From Mayamaea pseudoterrestris (lineage: Eukaryota): 44,515 nt of DNA. This document shows, in pieces, positions 42,785 to 44,515 of the stretch. The notes below the pieces were generated by a model. It did not search any database and was not told the origin of the DNA. It worked only from the letters and a program-made list of their open reading frames with translations. The DNA is taken from assembly GCA_027923505.1 (NCBI GenBank), contig BROI01000012.1, forward strand, positions 930,001 through 974,515. The letters run 5' to 3'. How positions within the stretch are numbered: position 1 is the first letter of the stretch; each line of letters opens with the position of its first letter. The position numbers and the translations under genes are program-made.

Positions 42785-44002
42785 TTACTTGAGCCTTTGC
42801 TGCATCCACGCAATGGCCCCGACGAACAATGCAGTCCACGTCAAAAATGTCGGATCAGTCGGTTCCATTCCAGGAAACAAGACGGCGGGTTTATGCAGTA
42901 TTTCGTCGTCGTCCGCAGCAACGCCATTGTCAGACAGACCGTCCTGCATCAAACATTCTTCCGCAGCATATTGAGTTTGGTCCGAGTTCGTCGTTCGACT
43001 CGTTCGCACTGGCGCAACGAACCGATGTGGCGACCGGTGGACGGCAATCCAATCGTCACGAATATCTTCTACCTTGCCGTTCCTCGTTTCAACGTTTGCA
43101 AAAAAGTCACTCACCATTGCTTCATCCAGTTTTCGTACCGCGCTCGCATCTGTCGCACCAATGTGCGCGCGCTGCACGGAAAACGGATATTGATCCACCA
43201 AGCCTTGTTGCAGCGACACTTGCAAATGCTCCGGCATCGCCTTTAAGTATTCGACCATGGCCGCCGTGTATCGCTCCGTCACGGACAGTCCCAAGTCACC
43301 GTCAACGTGATGCGCGTACGACGACTCGCCCCGGAGCGAGCTGGCAATGATTGTGACATTTGGGACATGCGCCATGTGATCGGCGATTGTGTAGGCCTGG
43401 CAGGTGTCGGCAACGATCAAGACTTCCTGGTACTTGGAGCGTTCGTGCATGCCCGCCACGGCGCGCGCCAGTTGCTGCGACGTGATTTCCTCAACGTCTT
43501 GAAACTTGAAGAATTGGTTTCCGCCGTGGCCCGTCAGGTAAATCAGCACGTGACTGCGTTCATTGCTGCGCAGCACTGGCAAGCTCGACTCGTGCGGCTG
43601 CCCCAGCAGGACGCGCAAAAAATTGTCGACGGAAACGTCGTCGCCGCGATAGTCAATCTGAGTGTCAAAGTCGTATAGTGAAACACCAGTCCGCCCCTTG
43701 GTGAGGAGTCTGTTTTGAAACACGTTGCGATCGTTGATGGCGTACTCGTCGGCCAGCATCAATATAATGTTGTCATCCGGAATACCGTTTCGTTTGAGTA
43801 ACTGGTAGATGGATAATGCGTTGGTCGTGTGACGGTAGTTGAACCAGTAGCGAGATGACGAGACAATGACGGCGTGGTTGCTCGTGTGAGTGGCGGTGGA
43901 CGATGCCGAAGAAGTTTCGGCGGCGAAGCGAGGAAGATTCGAAACGTTGTCCCAACAAACCAGGAGTACAAGGAGCCATAGCGAAACAAAGGGCAATTTC
44001 AT
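42785..44002 (-). CDS. GPI8: GPI-anchor transamidase catalytic subunit (peptidase C13, PIG-K)
   Basis: Signal peptide, NHAVIVSSSRYWFNYRH, catalytic YLTGHGG.FFKFQD and DTCQA, and a C-terminal hydrophobic segment. Confidence 0.93.
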   Translation of the reverse strand: MKLPFVSLWLLVLLVCWDNVSNLPRFAAETSSASSTATHTSNHAVIVSSSRYWFNYRHTTNALSIYQLLKRNGIPDDNIILMLADEYAINDRNVFQNRLLTKGRTGVSLYDFDTQIDYRGDDVSVDNFLRVLLGQPHESSLPVLRSNERSHVLIYLTGHGGNQFFKFQDVEEITSQQLARAVAGMHERSKYQEVLIVADTCQAYTIADHMAHVPNVTIIASSLRGESSYAHHVDGDLGLSVTERYTAAMVEYLKAMPEHLQVSLQQGLVDQYPFSVQRAHIGATDASAVRKLDEAMVSDFFANVETRNGKVEDIRDDWIAVHRSPHRFVAPVRTSRTTNSDQTQYAAEECLMQDGLSDNGVAADDDEILHKPAVLFPGMEPTDPTFLTWTALFVGAIAWMQQRLK

Positions 44003-44515
44003 TTTCAAGTCCTTACAAGCGGTCAAGGCCAGAAAATCTTTGCAAACTCCAAGGTTGGGCTATAAAATGGGGCTCTAGTGACGGCGAAGTCTCCATGGTG
44101 GCGCGAGGGTCGTCGCGGCGCGACGAAAAGGCGCGCCACGAATCGTTTCCAGTCACGAAATCCAGCAGCTTTGTATACCGCTACGACATATAAATTTTAT
44201 CAATCGGCGATTTGCGACGAATCGTTGATGCAAGTTGATTTGCTTTTGCAACCTTTCGCCTACCGTCTTAAACAGTTACCAACCAACATGGTGTCGCTCG
44301 CGCTACAGTATGCTCATGGAGCAGTCAATGGTGTCGCGAGGTAAATTCAATAAATTCGACGTTGCAGCCGCAAGTAGAGCTGCCAGCGATGGATTTGACA
44401 TTTTGGCAGCTTAATTGCTTGTGACATTTTCCTCACGTTGCCTTTTTTCTTGCACTAAAATAGATACATTTGCGCCTGTCCATTTTTTCTTCTCGTTCTA
44501 GTAGTGACGTTTGCT

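Overview
Gene-dense eukaryotic DNA, most likely from a pennate-type diatom. This is inferred from the ASAF plastid signal, a DUF6824 protein, a diatom-style MYND protein and sparse 75-110 bp GT-AG introns. About 15 protein genes flank the centre: a Tudor-like/RNI-like protein, a plastid FSA/transaldolase-family aldolase, an ARM-repeat protein, ARP4, ornithine cyclodeaminase, RPF2, DUF6824, TRAPPC9, a GCIP-like protein, an SNase nuclease, COQ9, MYND, a C-terminally truncated cytochrome P450, RRP36 and GPI8. The centre (~24.4-38.2 kb) is a gene-free, CpG-depleted, nested satellite complex. An old ~168-bp family (C) is split by ~24 copies of a 371-bp dimer (A, 183+188 bp). A is split by ~9.5 copies of a 348-bp dimer (B, 170+178 bp). 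B is split by a 436-bp solo LTR with a 5-bp TSD. Each host resumes in register after the insert. Both halves of B carry 27-29 bp palindromes that differ by compensatory changes. A 5x42-bp TGACGT minisatellite sits in a bidirectional promoter. All calls are by eye from motifs; no searches were run.
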